DNA of 64,000 nucleotides, from the NCBI GenBank assembly GCA_046563655.1, contig CM102287.1:3224001-3288000 (forward strand). The letters run 5' to 3'. Source of the DNA: Yuukianura sp. NJ FZ-2021 (lineage: Eukaryota). The position numbers and the translations under genes were made by a program. The notes below the pieces were generated by a model. It ran no database searches. It saw only the letters and a list, made by a program, of their open reading frames with translations, and had not been told where the DNA came from. Position 1 is the first letter of the stretch; every line of letters begins with the position of its first letter. This document shows, piece after piece, positions 52,627 to 64,000 of the stretch.

Positions 52627-54432
52627 GTCAGTGGGGTCTGGGGTGGGACTGGGACAGCGGAAAGTATTTTTATCGTTGCGATGATCTTCGGACATTTACA
52701 ATTACAAATGGAGTCCGTCATGGCAGCTTATCTACTGAACCCTATCTACTGAACAGCAGCGGTGTCTCGACTCGAGATGTCGAGAAGGACGACTACTAAT
52801 CCAGTTCTACTTGAAGGAGTAAGCAAGTTACGGTAATTCATTCGTTTTGCAACAATAATCGATGTAACATTTGTACTCCAGGTTTCAAGAATTTGGACCC
52901 TACGCTTGGAATTGACTGATCGATCATCCCTTATGTACAACGTTCTTTATCTAATGCATTCAAATCGAGGCCAATTCCTGTTTGTATGAAATGTGATCCT
53001 GAGACAGTAAATTTTGGGTATGACGTTAATCGAATTCCCAACAGTTTGTAAAATATCGTTTTGATCTAGTCACGAGATGAACTAGAAAGATTCATTTCTA
53101 CAGAAGGGAGTGTGTGGGGGGTGTCAATAGTTTGACATGGTGCCTAAATTATAGTCTTCCTCAAATTGAAGTTCGAACAGGACCATAATACTTTTCTGTG
53201 TTTTCAGCACAATGGAGAAACGAAAGTAGTTCATATTCTGAAGATCTTCCAGTGACAGTAATTGAGCTCAAATGTCCCGGACAGCATTTCTCATGCTTGG
53301 TTCAAGTACATCTACCTTCCTAATCTTCCACAAGAACCAGTATGTTCCAAACCATTCAAGTCAATGGCTCAAAAGACCAAGAGTCCAAAATGCTCACTTG
53401 TCTCTGAATTCTTCTCAGGTTTGGGCCATCCATTTTTGTTGATGTTGTTGAAGTGATGCTTGAAAAGTGTGGAGTTACTAGGGAAGGGGAGGATGCTGGA
53501 TACGACTGGACCAAAATAATTCGAAATATGGTCATGACATTTCCGTTGTGCTCCTAAACCTGAATGGAGGGGACTTGGGAGGTAAGTGAGCCACGAAATA
53601 GGCTACACGTCCAACGACTTTCTTCAATTCAGGACTTAAAGCACAACAACATTGGGCAACGGGCCCTCTAGCCCCTGTTGTCGTCAACGTCCTCAGTTCT
53701 TGCAAAAATACTAAAGTTTTACTTTTCTGTTTTAGGAAATTCGGGAAATCTGTCGTCTTGAGGACGTTTTGGCCTAAAACCGTCCAGGATTGTCCAGAAC
53801 TCTTGAATGGTAGAACTGCTGGAGCCCTTGAAGGCTCCTTGCCCAAGTAAGTCGGAACAAGAGTTATAAAGTTATGAAGGAAAGCAAGGAATTGGAATTG
53901 TGAGGTGAAAGTTTCAGAGGAAAGTTTAATGGAATGGAATGCCTAGAAATTGAGTATCTCTCCCCCTTACCACTTTTCCTTTATACTTCCCAAAAGGAAA
54001 CCTCAACTGCTTTTTTTCTTCAAAAAGTTTGAATTATTTTCTGGTTTCAGAAATGTAACAAAATTTTCTCTTGTAAAAAGGATTCAGTTTTTCGGAAAAG
54101 TTGGTCCAGAAGTTTTTTAGTTTTCAGTTTGCGGAAGAAGTTGCGTTTAAAAAAAGTTTACTTTGCGTAGAGTAATCTTTGGGAATCAAAAATAAAGTGA
54201 CTGTCCACTACTACTACTTTCCTTCTTTCAAGTCACGAGTTACTCCAGGAAACGATAAGAAACGAAAGTGAATCCAGGAAATGGAGAAACCCAAAATGTG
54301 AATTCCTCTACTAAAACGTATTCTCACACTTTCGTAGATCTTGGATATCAAAACTGGAAATGAGTTTTCACTTCCAAGAAGTGAGCATTGGGAAATGCAA
54401 AAGTTTGAAAAGTTTGTCCTGAAAACCAAGAA

Positions 54433-54453
54433 AGGTCACGGGGTCACAGCTCA
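54433..54453 (+). promoter_or_regulatory. Compound nuclear-receptor response element (DR2+DR1)
   Basis: AGGTCA cg GGGTCA c AGCTCA. Motif match only. Confidence 0.4.
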
Positions 54454-55459
54454 TAAGTATTGTCAAGCAGTTTATAGAATTTATTGAATTTTACAAAAAT
54501 TTACAATTTTTTTGGTCATTCCTTCATTCCCATTTTGATATTTTTTTTGTTTACTTATTATAACATCTTTTTTTTTTTGCAGATTCTCTTCTCGTGACTT
54601 TAAATTGTGTTGCTCCGAATATCCAATCAGAAGTCGACGAATCTGGTGGTGGCTGGCGTTTTTGTTTCCTAAACCAAAGAAATCTGGACACATAAGCAAC
54701 ACCTACCGGGAGAGATGCATAGTCGAGCTAGCTCTGATTTACCATCACTGTAACCGCCTAACCTCCAACGACTTTTGACGACCATTTTTCCGGAAGTTTG
54801 ATCTTACCAGGCGTCTCCAATCTTACTAAAGGTCGCACCACAAGCGCACTACTGCAAAGACTTGACAAGGTTCGTTAATGTTTTAAAGTACTACACTTAC
54901 AGAAGTTTCTTGTACCTAACTTTGCATTAATTCAACCAGAAATGCTGATTCAGATTTGCGTCATCTCTACAAACACAAATCACAATTCGACTCATAACCA
55001 AAACAAGCAGTCATTTGTGTAAAAGTGCCACTGACTCTGTTGTTGCACTCCAAATACCAATACAGTAGGGGAAGAATCCACAAAGGACAAAGAGAGGACA
55101 CGGAACACAGCAGTTTCAAATCATAACACTCCACTACTCCACAAAGAAACATTGTTAATTGAAGTTTCAAGATAAGTTTCAAGCATAATAAGCCACTTTC
55201 TGGACTTGGAAGGTCGTCTCTTCACTGTGGACGTTCTCTAATGTGACCTTGGACTTTGCATTTTAAGTGCTCATTGTAGCCTACTACGCTTGTTTTGAAA
55301 TCAAAAATTGTCAGCTGATCTAAGGTAACAATCACCATTCACTCACCACTATCAATTTATACTTTTTAGAACAGAAATATATTTATTGATCAATCGATTA
55401 ATGCATGAAGTAAGCAATTGATTTACGAACTAATAGTTAATTTGTCATTTCAGTACATC

Positions 55460-57739
55460 ATGGATAACGACAGAGGTCAAGGTGGTGCCAATCCGGATAG
55501 CCCTGAACCTGATGCTGAAAACAAAGTGGATACTGCCAATACTACTGGAAGTGAGGCTGATGCTGAGAACAAAGGCGATACTGCTGATACTACTGGAAGT
55601 GAGGAAAATCCTAGCGGCAAATCGTCAACAGCTGATGAATCGAGTATCGAAGCCCTGAACTGGAGCGACTTTGAAGAAGACGAACTACAACTATCAGCCG
55701 CTGACGCTGCTTTATTGCAGAGCATTCACTCGGTTTTATCTGATGACGGTGGAAGTGGAGCTGGTGATGGGGTCAAGAACATGTCAACTTCAGTTTCTTC
55801 TGATATCACAGCAGTTCTGGCTGATGGTGTGGCAGATGATGATGAGTTTGAAGAAAACGACGTGGAAATTGAGTTCGGTAGGGTTGACAGTGCTGAATTG
55901 ATGGATACACCTCCGACGAAATCAAATATAAATTTTGGCACCAAGAGGAAACGTGAAGAGAGTCCTGTCATGTGGAACACGTTACTCGTTCCACCAAGCT
56001 TTGCAAACAATGAGCCAATCAGCGGCGATTTATCTTCAAATGCAGCAGTCCTGGATGATGGTGTAAGTCACTCAACATTCTCAAGTAATTGATTGATTAA
56101 TCGTGCTAATTTCTTTTCTTAGTTTATAAACTGTTACATATTTTTTTTATAGCCAATTTGGGCCAAAGGAAGCAAAAGATACAAATTCGAAGAGAATCGT
56201 CGTGTGAATCAAAAACTAACCTTCGGTGTTCTTCTTTCTGTCGTTCTTGCCTTGGGCCTTGGACTTGGGAATCTTGTGGCATACAATGAATGTGAAGCTG
56301 AGCATAAAGCTACAGAAGTACCCTGTCCAATGACATCTAAAGTCTCATCTCCTGGAATTATCACTCCAACACTTCCACCAATACTTCCAACTTCTGTAGA
56401 ACCGGATGCTGCCAGGCCTTTGCCAGTTCCAGCATCATCGATTCCTCCAAGTACAACTACTGCCATTCCAGAAGTTACCATTCCAGCATCAGATCCAGTA
56501 AAACCAATGGTTGATCCCAAGTATTCTCAACATGCCGAAGAGCTTTCCAAAGTCCTCAAGATGCTGGACGAGTTGTCCAGGAAGATTGACCGATTTGAGA
56601 ATACTACAAGACAGTTGAGCGGAATTGTGATGATGCGGGACGAAATTAAGATGGAAGAGGATGCTCCGCCGGTAAAGAAAACAAAGTTCACACAACTTCT
56701 GTCTGAAGTGATGACGGCCAAGAAAGTCAAGAAAGCTACAGAGGTCAATTCGGGTCAAGTTAAAACTTGGAGGGACAAGAAGGAAGAGGTGCTGGAGGAT
56801 ATTGCTGGAGCTGTGCTGGAGGCAATGCAAGCAGAGGATGAACCGGAACAAAGTACCTTGCTGGAGAGTAGTCAAGTATTTTCAGTAGATGAAGTCCATA
56901 CACCACAACTGGATGTCCAACAATTGTCACAATCTTCATCAAAATCTGAAGATTTTCTGGAAGTATCGCCAACTATTGACGAAAATAAGCTGCAGGATAC
57001 TGAAGATGAACTTGTCAGTTCAGATCCTGAAGAACTTATGTCCGAAGAGGAAGATCAGAATGCTGAAGCCGATCAGCTGATCCAGAAACCGAAGTTGAAA
57101 CGTGAGGCTGCGATTGATCTGGAAGACGAAGATTTACTGTTGCAGATGGAACCGGAACGGCAAAATCCTACAAATTTTGAGCTTCCTGAACACAAGTCCA
57201 GCAAGAAGACGAACGAGGATCGGAAAAAAGAAAAGAATTGGGAGAAAGAGAAACGGAGGCTGGAAAAAGAGCAATTTCGAAAACAGAAGGAGCAGGAAAG
57301 AGAACAATTCCGAAAACAGAAGGAGCAGGAAAGAGAGCAATTTCGAAAACAGAAAGAGCAGGAAAGAGAGCAATTTCGAAAACAGAAAGAGCAGGAAAGA
57401 GAACAATTTCGAAAACAGAAGGAACAAGAAAGAGAGCAATTTCGAAAACAGAAGGAGCAGGAAAAATTGGAACGGAAGAAGGCAAAATACGAAAATTCCA
57501 AGCACCACAAAAACCGAAACGATGAAGAGATGCTCTACAAGCAGAAGCAGAGGTCAGACAAGGTCAAAGCAAAATCAAACTCTGACTGGGTCACTGCTAG
57601 AGCACAGAATCGCGAATCGAGTCGACGAGCTTCGGAAGAATACGACCGGAAACACAAGAATTGGCAAACAGAAAGAAGCCGACTCCGCGAAGAGTTTCGA
57701 ATTGTTTCGGCTATCACTAACAACAATAGAGAGATTTAG
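55460..57739 (+). CDS. ~729-aa single-pass membrane protein (acidic N-terminus, TM helix, P/T-rich linker, coiled coil, charged repeats); possibly CCPG1/PBXIP1-like; coding exons 55460-56062 and 56153-57739
   Basis: ATG at 55460 follows a tttcag acceptor. A GTAAGT donor at 56063 and a ttttatag acceptor at 56152 join ORFs 55418-56092 and 56204-57739 in phase 0 (2190 nt). The TM segment LTFGVLLSVVLALGLGLGNLVAY is preceded by basic KRYKFEENRR. The gene structure is well supported; the family call is tentative. Confidence 0.85.
55511..55606 (+). repeat. In-frame 48-bp tandem duplication (DAENKxDTAxTTGSE x2)
   Basis: DAENKVDTANTTGSEA / DAENKGDTADTTGSEE visible in both DNA and protein. Confidence 0.85.
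57269..57466 (+). repeat. Coding minisatellite, 6 x 33 bp (EQFRKQKEQER)
   Basis: Six consecutive units ga(g/a)caatt(t/c)cgaaaacagaa(g/a)ga(g/a)ca(g/a)gaaaga, with the last unit ending aaa. Confidence 0.97.
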
Positions 57740-58616
57740 TTACACAAAAGTTTGAAAAACCTTTGACCTCGTTGACCTTTGGGTTTATTCTTCCTGGTAT
57801 CTTTGAAAATGGTAAGTTTCAAGAATTCATCTCTACATTCTTGTAATCCTTGACTTGTGTAATGTTCGAAATTTTTAAAAATCTGAAATTGTTTTCAAGT
57901 TTTCAGTGTGTAATATATCTTTGACTTCAAATTTTAGCTTAGACATTTCGAAAATGTAAATTTGGAAATTTTCGATTTTGAAATTTGAATTTGTTAAAAA
58001 TGATTTAATGTCCTCCGATGTAACTATTTAAGGCATTGTCTTTCGTGTTGTGGATTATTATTATAAATGACGTAACTAGAAAGTTACCACTTCCTAAAGT
58101 ATAATTTTAAGTGTGTCAACATAACTACTCGATGTCAATTACAATTAACACAACAAAAATGAATCTAGGGTGTTTTGCTTTTCAGTGTAAGATGTGTCAT
58201 GAATCCAGTAAGTTTGCAAAAAAATTGAATGTAGGAATATTTTACTCTTGAATTGAATCGGAATCGCTGCGCAAGAAAAACTATATTAATTATTTAAGTA
58301 ATTAAGTGTTTACAGTTAAGTTGTCAAGGCCATTTAATTATAAGGGGCAATTTAATTGGTTATTGTGTGTTAAGAGAGTGATTAGTGATTAAGATTACTA
58401 AAATATAGCGGAATTGTACCTTGTACCTAATAAATTACAACTGTGGTAATAAACATACGCAATTATAAATTATGGAATTAATCGTAGAATTTGTCTAATT
58501 AATTCTAATTAACTAATTACTGGAAGTAGGGATATCATCTTGCTGATGCCTCGGCAAAATGAAACCGTTCTATTCTCCTCCGAGACCAAGACGAAAGTGA
58601 ACGGGAATAATTTGGG

Positions 58617-58958
58617 GAGCTTCACTTTTATATGAAAAAGGAAGGAGTTACTGGTTACTCTTTTGAGGAGTAAGATCCGACGGAATCCTACTCTTTTGGA
58701 GTTAGAATGGGAACCGCCCCCTTCCAGGACCAAGATGAGATTGAACTAGAACAAGTTGGCGAGCTTTCCTTTTATATCGACAAAGAAGGAGTAACTGGTA
58801 ACTCTTTTTTGCGTTTTGTTGTTCCGCCGGAGGTCCGCACTCCTGAAGTACACCTGGCGCCATTTTTGTTCCCTTTAAATGTCCGCACTCTGAGACTACC
58901 CCCGTCTTTTTTTCAAAAAATGTCTGGTAACTCTTTTGAGGAGTAACATGTTACTCTT
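58617..58958. repeat. Internally repetitive, hairpin-rich intergenic element (possible non-autonomous transposon remnant)
   Basis: A ~48-bp block gagctt..cttttatat....aa.gaaggagt.actggt.actctttt occurs at ~58617 and ~58761. ctggt(t/a)actcttttgaggagtaa occurs at ~58650 and ~58924, and gtccgcactc occurs twice. A 16-bp palindrome GAGTAACATGTTACTC lies at 58941-58956. Confidence 0.55.
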
Positions 58959-59239
58959 CTGCAGATTTATGTGAAAAAGAAAAACGCGAAGTTTTAATGA
59001 GTTTTCTTGTCAGAATATTCAAAATTAAAATTACACGTAAAGTTCGTGACAAACATAACTTAACCTTAAATGTTAGAATAAAAACCAAACTTATTGCAAA
59101 TTTCACAAAACTTTATGACTTAGGGAGTACAATGAGTTGTAAGTGTCGAGTTAGCAGTTATTATTTACAATTCACCGAGTTGTCATCAATCACAGTTCCA
59201 ATTAACTAAAAACCTAACTTTTAGTCAGAATTGACTTAA

Positions 59240-62200
59240 CTATGGTTTAGCTGTCCGAAACTTGGCCAAGTATCCATTGATTTCCATTGGTTTCAAAACT
59301 ACTCCTTCACTGGCAGATCGTTTCCTCCTTGGTTCTGAGTTGTCCTCAACAAACGTCAGTTTTCTCTCCTCCACTTCTGATTCTATGAGATCACCCAACA
59401 ACTCCTTTGGCTTGAACTAATTGAACAAAGTCATTAGATGATCAATTACTTTCAATTAAGATTGATGTTAATTTAAAACTTACTTCTCCCAGGACTCCTC
59501 CGCTGGTGGAACATTCTGGCAGCGGAAGACTTCGGAGGAACTGTCCGTCGTACCCGAGTCTTCGGACCAGCACACCAGAGAAGTCATTGGCCTCAAAACT
59601 ATGGTCATCCAAGTGATTTTGATAGGAGGGCAGAGGGGACAGATCCACCAGTTGAACATCGCAGGGCAATGACCTTGACCCTGACGGGACGCTGTAGTCA
59701 CTCAACGCTGAAAGCGATTCGTCCGGAGCCTCAGGTTGGCCTACAAATGTTTGTAGAGGGTGAAGCAAGTCTTCTAAAAGTATTTGTGATTGGAGGCTGA
59801 GCATTGGCGGAGATTCGTCACGATTCTTGTCCTAAAAGTTAAAAGTTTTTAGAATCAGTTCAAAGTTTAGAAAATCCAACCGTGACCTTTGACCCAGTGC
59901 TTACCTGACAGTGAGGCACTTCGAAGACGATTCTAAACACATTTTCAGTTTCAAGGTTATCCTGGTCCCCTTGTCCCGCACCTCGGTTGTCATCTTGGTT
60001 CAACCTTCGGTCCATTATAACCTGAACAAATCAGTTTTAGAATTTTTTAAAACTTTTTTCAAAATTGAAAACAAGTACTTTTGGAGAAGGCTTACTTCAA
60101 ATTCCCCGGAAGCCAAACTGGAAGCTCCCAAAGGCTGGCCGCTGAGAACAGTAAACCGCAGCGTAGGTTCTTCAATGTAGGCAGCAGTTGGAAGTGGGTA
60201 GTAATTTCCTTGCAGCGGTATTTTCTCAAATCGCTTCCGTTTGATCATCTAAAAGTACAAAAACTCGTTTTTAGAAAATTTCGAAATTTCAACAAAATTG
60301 TACGTCAGCATCTCACCTGAAACCCGTTCAAGTCCGTGTAGAAGATATTTCCGGAAGCAACGTTCGTTTCAAACTTCATCATCAGCTCAAAGTTGTCCTT
60401 CTCCCGACGAATGTCCACCACGTTTTTAACTTCAATTGCATTCTTTTCATAACCTAAAAAAAGTTGTTAAGTTATTTTTTGAAAAAGTTTTAAAAATTAC
60501 TTTTTTGAAACAGTAATTCTACATTCCAACTAAACTAACTGCATTTTGAACTTAGTTAATTAACTTTTCCCTTAATTAAATCTCACCGGCATGGTTGTAC
60601 AGCGTAACACGATGTTTGATCTGCTCTAACCAAACTTCCACAAACTGCTGAAACTTCCCTTTGACTATTCGCACAAATTGTTTTCCCAGGGGAATCTTCT
60701 TGGCTGGTCCACCAGGCAAGAAGAGGTACAGACCGGAAGTTTCTCTTGTACGACGAGCACCGTAACTAGATTAATCGTAATTAGCGCAATCAATTAACAA
60801 TTACTAATTAAGTTCAAGCTAAATCTTACTGGTTCATGGATATCCGAATGGGATGTGTAGCTCCATCAACAGTGACTGACTTGGTGAATCCGTTTTTGTC
60901 AAAGTTCAATTTGAGTCTATCATTTGAAATCTCCACCTCATCTTCCTCAGTTATAATTTTAATTGGAAATTCGTCATGTCCTAAAATATTAGCTGTAGCT
61001 GGGTTCATCACCAGCAGTTCCGGACGAGTCCGATCGCTATCACATTAAAAAAAAACGAAATAAATGAAATTTTCAACATTTCATAGAAAATATTTATAAA
61101 TTAACTTCTGTGTGAACTTACTCATTCCTTTCAAATTTGAGTAAAAAGTTGGCGACATTGAGTGGGTTCAGTTCTGCAACAAAGTTCAATTCGAAAACGT
61201 TTCTCCTCACGGTCGTCCTGTCTTCAAAGACTGGCAGCACGTCTGAGTCGATTAGTTTGCCAGAGTGATCATAAACCTGAAAAATTCAACAAAATGTAGA
61301 TTTTTGAGCACGAAAATTCAAAAATTTCAAAAATTGAGGCTGCATTGCATACCTTGACGTGATAAGTTGAAACATAAAGACGAATTAGCTGCGATCTTCT
61401 TCTTCCTACCGAATTGAAGACAACAACTAAACGTTTGTTCATTTGGTCATCCAGTACAATCAAGTTGTACTGCGGAAGTGTATCTTGTGTATCTCTGGAC
61501 TCAGCAGCGTCAAAGTAAACAGCATCTGATTTGATACTGTCGATGTCAAAGCTTTTGTCGTCCAAATGTGTCAATACTTGCAGCGATTGCTGCAGTACAT
61601 GGTCGCAGGAAGCCAGCGATGAGAGTAACCTAGGTTCAAACAAAAAGATGTAAAAGGCAAACTAACAGAATTTTCAAAAACTTAAAAAATTTTTGTAGTT
61701 CATTTTGTGTTCCAAAATTTTCATACTTTTTTCCATAGTCCACCATGACATGGTCCTTAGAAGTGCCAGTGATACCGTCATGATGCTGAAAGAGGCTCAA
61801 CATTCTTCGCGCCTGAATCAAGTGGCCAAGCATTTCCTTCACAAATGGCAGCGTCAATCGATTTTCCTGCCGTCTGTAAATCTCAGCGGCCATGAGCGTA
61901 TAAGCGATGTGAGCCGATCTAGAAAATTACAAAAATCGCACAAACTTCACCATACTAAACTTAATTCGTCAAATCGTCAATGGGTAAAAATATTTGATAC
62001 TTTTTAACTTAAGTAGGTGGTCGGAAATGCTGTAAGTGGTCGGGAAAATTGCAAGTGGTCAGAGAAGATGGTCGGAAATTGTTAGGTGGTCTTACTTGTA
62101 AGTGGTCGGAAGTTGTAAGGTGGTCGGAAAAGCTGTATTTAGTTTTACCTCAAGTTACTAATAAGTTGTCTGTCCATGGCCTTGTGAAATGGTCTTGACG

Positions 62201-64000
62201 TGAAGTACCCACTCCAGTAATGATCGTCTCGATCAGCATAAGTAAAAAAGTCACCAGAGAGAGCTTTGGGTGCAAATCGTTTTTGCTCAATTTCTTTCTC
62301 CAGTGCTGCAAAGTAGTCTTCGAGCGTAGCGAATTTGATCTAAACATCGAAATTTTGAAAAAAAACAAACAAAACATTTTCAGTCAAAACTGTGTTTTGT
62401 TACCTCAACGTGGAGTTCTGGTCTAGCGTTGAGAGCGTCCATAATTCGTTTGTAATTTTCTGTTTGTGCTGCCCATTCCTTGGAGTCTTCCCACCGGAAG
62501 TCATCGCCAAGTGGAACCAACAGCACATTCGTCTGATAAAGTTCTGCTTTCTTCCGGTACTGATCCAGAAGTGGCAATGATCTACAAAAAAGCATTGTTA
62601 AGTTAAATTCTTTAGTTGGTAGCGTTATTCAAAATTTTTGTGTATCGCTGCTGATTTTGGTCTAATCGTTTTACCTCTCCAGCGTCTGTGTTCTGCCCTC
62701 GGCTGTTTTTGCATGCGTGATGGGGATTGGTTTAGGTTGTATTCCCCATGGGCAGCTCATGTGTGACACTGACGACATTCTTTTGAAGTCGTACTGACAA
62801 CAAACTTTAGGTTCTGGCCCACACTGGAACAATTTAGTCAAAATCATCAAAGCCATTTTTCACCAAAATTGGCAAAAGTTTGTGCAAAATCACAGAATTT
62901 TCAAAAAAGAATTACCGTGTGTGGAATATCGTAGCTGTAGAAAGGCATCATGTGACAGAGGATGTCGGAAGCACCTTCGCTATCTACAATTACAATTAAT
63001 TGACCTTTGACTTGTTTAATTGAATTGAAGAAGATGTTCAACTAATTTACCCCAAATTTGTCTCCACTTGAACTCCAAACCCTTGACTCTGGCCAGCTCC
63101 TTCTTTACAGCATAGTGGGTCCTCTGAATCAACATGTTTTTCACTCCAGAATGCTTTATCAAGTAGGCATTGGTCGGAGACATTCCAAACGGATCAATTG
63201 ACCAACCATTCCTTCAAACAAACAGCACAAATTACAAATTAACGAAAAATTAGTTACTAATTGTCAAAATTTCATGATTACCTTGGAATGTACTTCAAGT
63301 GATGGTAGAGCCACTGGTGCCCCTCGATCAGCTGACTCAACATGGCATAGTAGTGAGCGTTGGCTTCATCCGGCATGACCCACCCTCCAGTAACGAATTC
63401 CAGTCTTCCTTCGTTCGTTAGCCTGGAAAATTTGAGTTTTTTTTTAATTTTGAACATTTTTTGAAAGCTGTTTGAACAAAATGACTTTTACCCCTTGACC
63501 TCTGCCTTTTCAGATGAGTCCAAACCGTCCCACCAAAGACTAAAGTAAGAGATTTCTGCCCAAATGAACTTCACTTCCAGATTTTCACGCATTTCTCTCA
63601 GCATTGAATCCAGAATGTGTTTAGTCTGGTCCATAAAGTATCGTTCGAACGTCTTGATCCAACCTACAATTAATCGATCAATCAATTAATCAACTGTTGA
63701 TTAATTGATTTTGACTAAATGTTGACATCAAAAGTACCTGGATCATTATGAGAATGAGGAATGACGAAAACTTTAAGTTTGTTTTCGGCAGTGAAACGAG
63801 TCAAGTTGGCCTCAAATTCCCAACCCTGTTTCCAGGCACCGCCATCCGGATTATCGAATTGGAGCAGATCGTAGACATTGAGCATCTGAAAATGAGAAAT
63901 TGACAAACCAATTAACAAGAAACACTAATCGTTTTGAATCAATTACATTAACGTCAGATTTGGCCAGTCGAATCCCAACAGCAGAAGAACAGGGTCCTTG
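59240..64000 (-). CDS. MAN2A1: Golgi alpha-mannosidase II (glycoside hydrolase family 38, MAN2A1/alpha-Man-II ortholog); ~19 exons in window, 5' end beyond 64000
   Basis: Colinear GH38/ManII motifs across short-intron exons: [106 protein letters not shown]...[62 protein letters not shown], and C-terminal LKPMEINGY. Stop TAG is at 59242-59240. Confidence 0.97.
59883..59895 (-). promoter_or_regulatory. Perfect DR1 element in a mannosidase intron
   Basis: Plus-strand TGACCTtTGACCC equals minus-strand GGGTCAaAGGTCA. Motif match only. Confidence 0.35.
62015..62131. repeat. Intronic degenerate minisatellite with (A/G)GTGGTCGGAAA core, ~7 copies
   Basis: The tggtc core recurs about every 12-20 bp and enlarges this mannosidase intron relative to its neighbours. 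Confidence 0.8.

Noticed and set aside
55477..57755. Overlapping antisense and alternate-frame ORFs (e.g. CSFCFRNCSL repeats, 57102-57755)
   Set aside because: By-products of the main CDS and its 33-bp repeat. The pattern of silent changes identifies the EQFRKQKEQER frame as the selected one.
59670..59681. TGACCTTGACCC (DR0-like) element
   Set aside because: It lies inside a mannosidase coding exon and is explained by codon content, so it was not counted as regulatory.

Overview
Eukaryotic, most likely invertebrate, genomic DNA, judged from short GT-AG introns of about 60-230 nt, AT-rich intergenic sequence and animal-type genes. There are three parts. (1) 1-2265 is the 5' part of a minus-strand Bel/Pao LTR retrotransposon: LTR, tRNA-Lys-type primer-binding site, and gag with three zinc knuckles followed by an aspartic protease, with one 1-bp frameshift. 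It abuts (2) 2266-45055, a ~42.8-kb head-to-tail array of a 127-bp AT-rich satellite (~337 copies) with higher-order duplications and position-dependent variant zones. The array ends at a 100-N scaffold gap whose right flank resumes in satellite register. (3) 45156-64000 is unique sequence. It carries a 4-exon minus-strand gene for a ~311-aa nuclear-receptor ligand-binding-domain protein (TR2/TR4/Hr78-like) with no DNA-binding domain in its ORF. It also carries a plus-strand ~729-aa single-pass membrane protein (possibly CCPG1/PBXIP1-like) with a 6x11-aa charged repeat, and most of a minus-strand Golgi alpha-mannosidase II (GH38) gene. Several AGGTCA direct-repeat elements lie around these genes. 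All family assignments come from motif recognition by eye; no searches were run.
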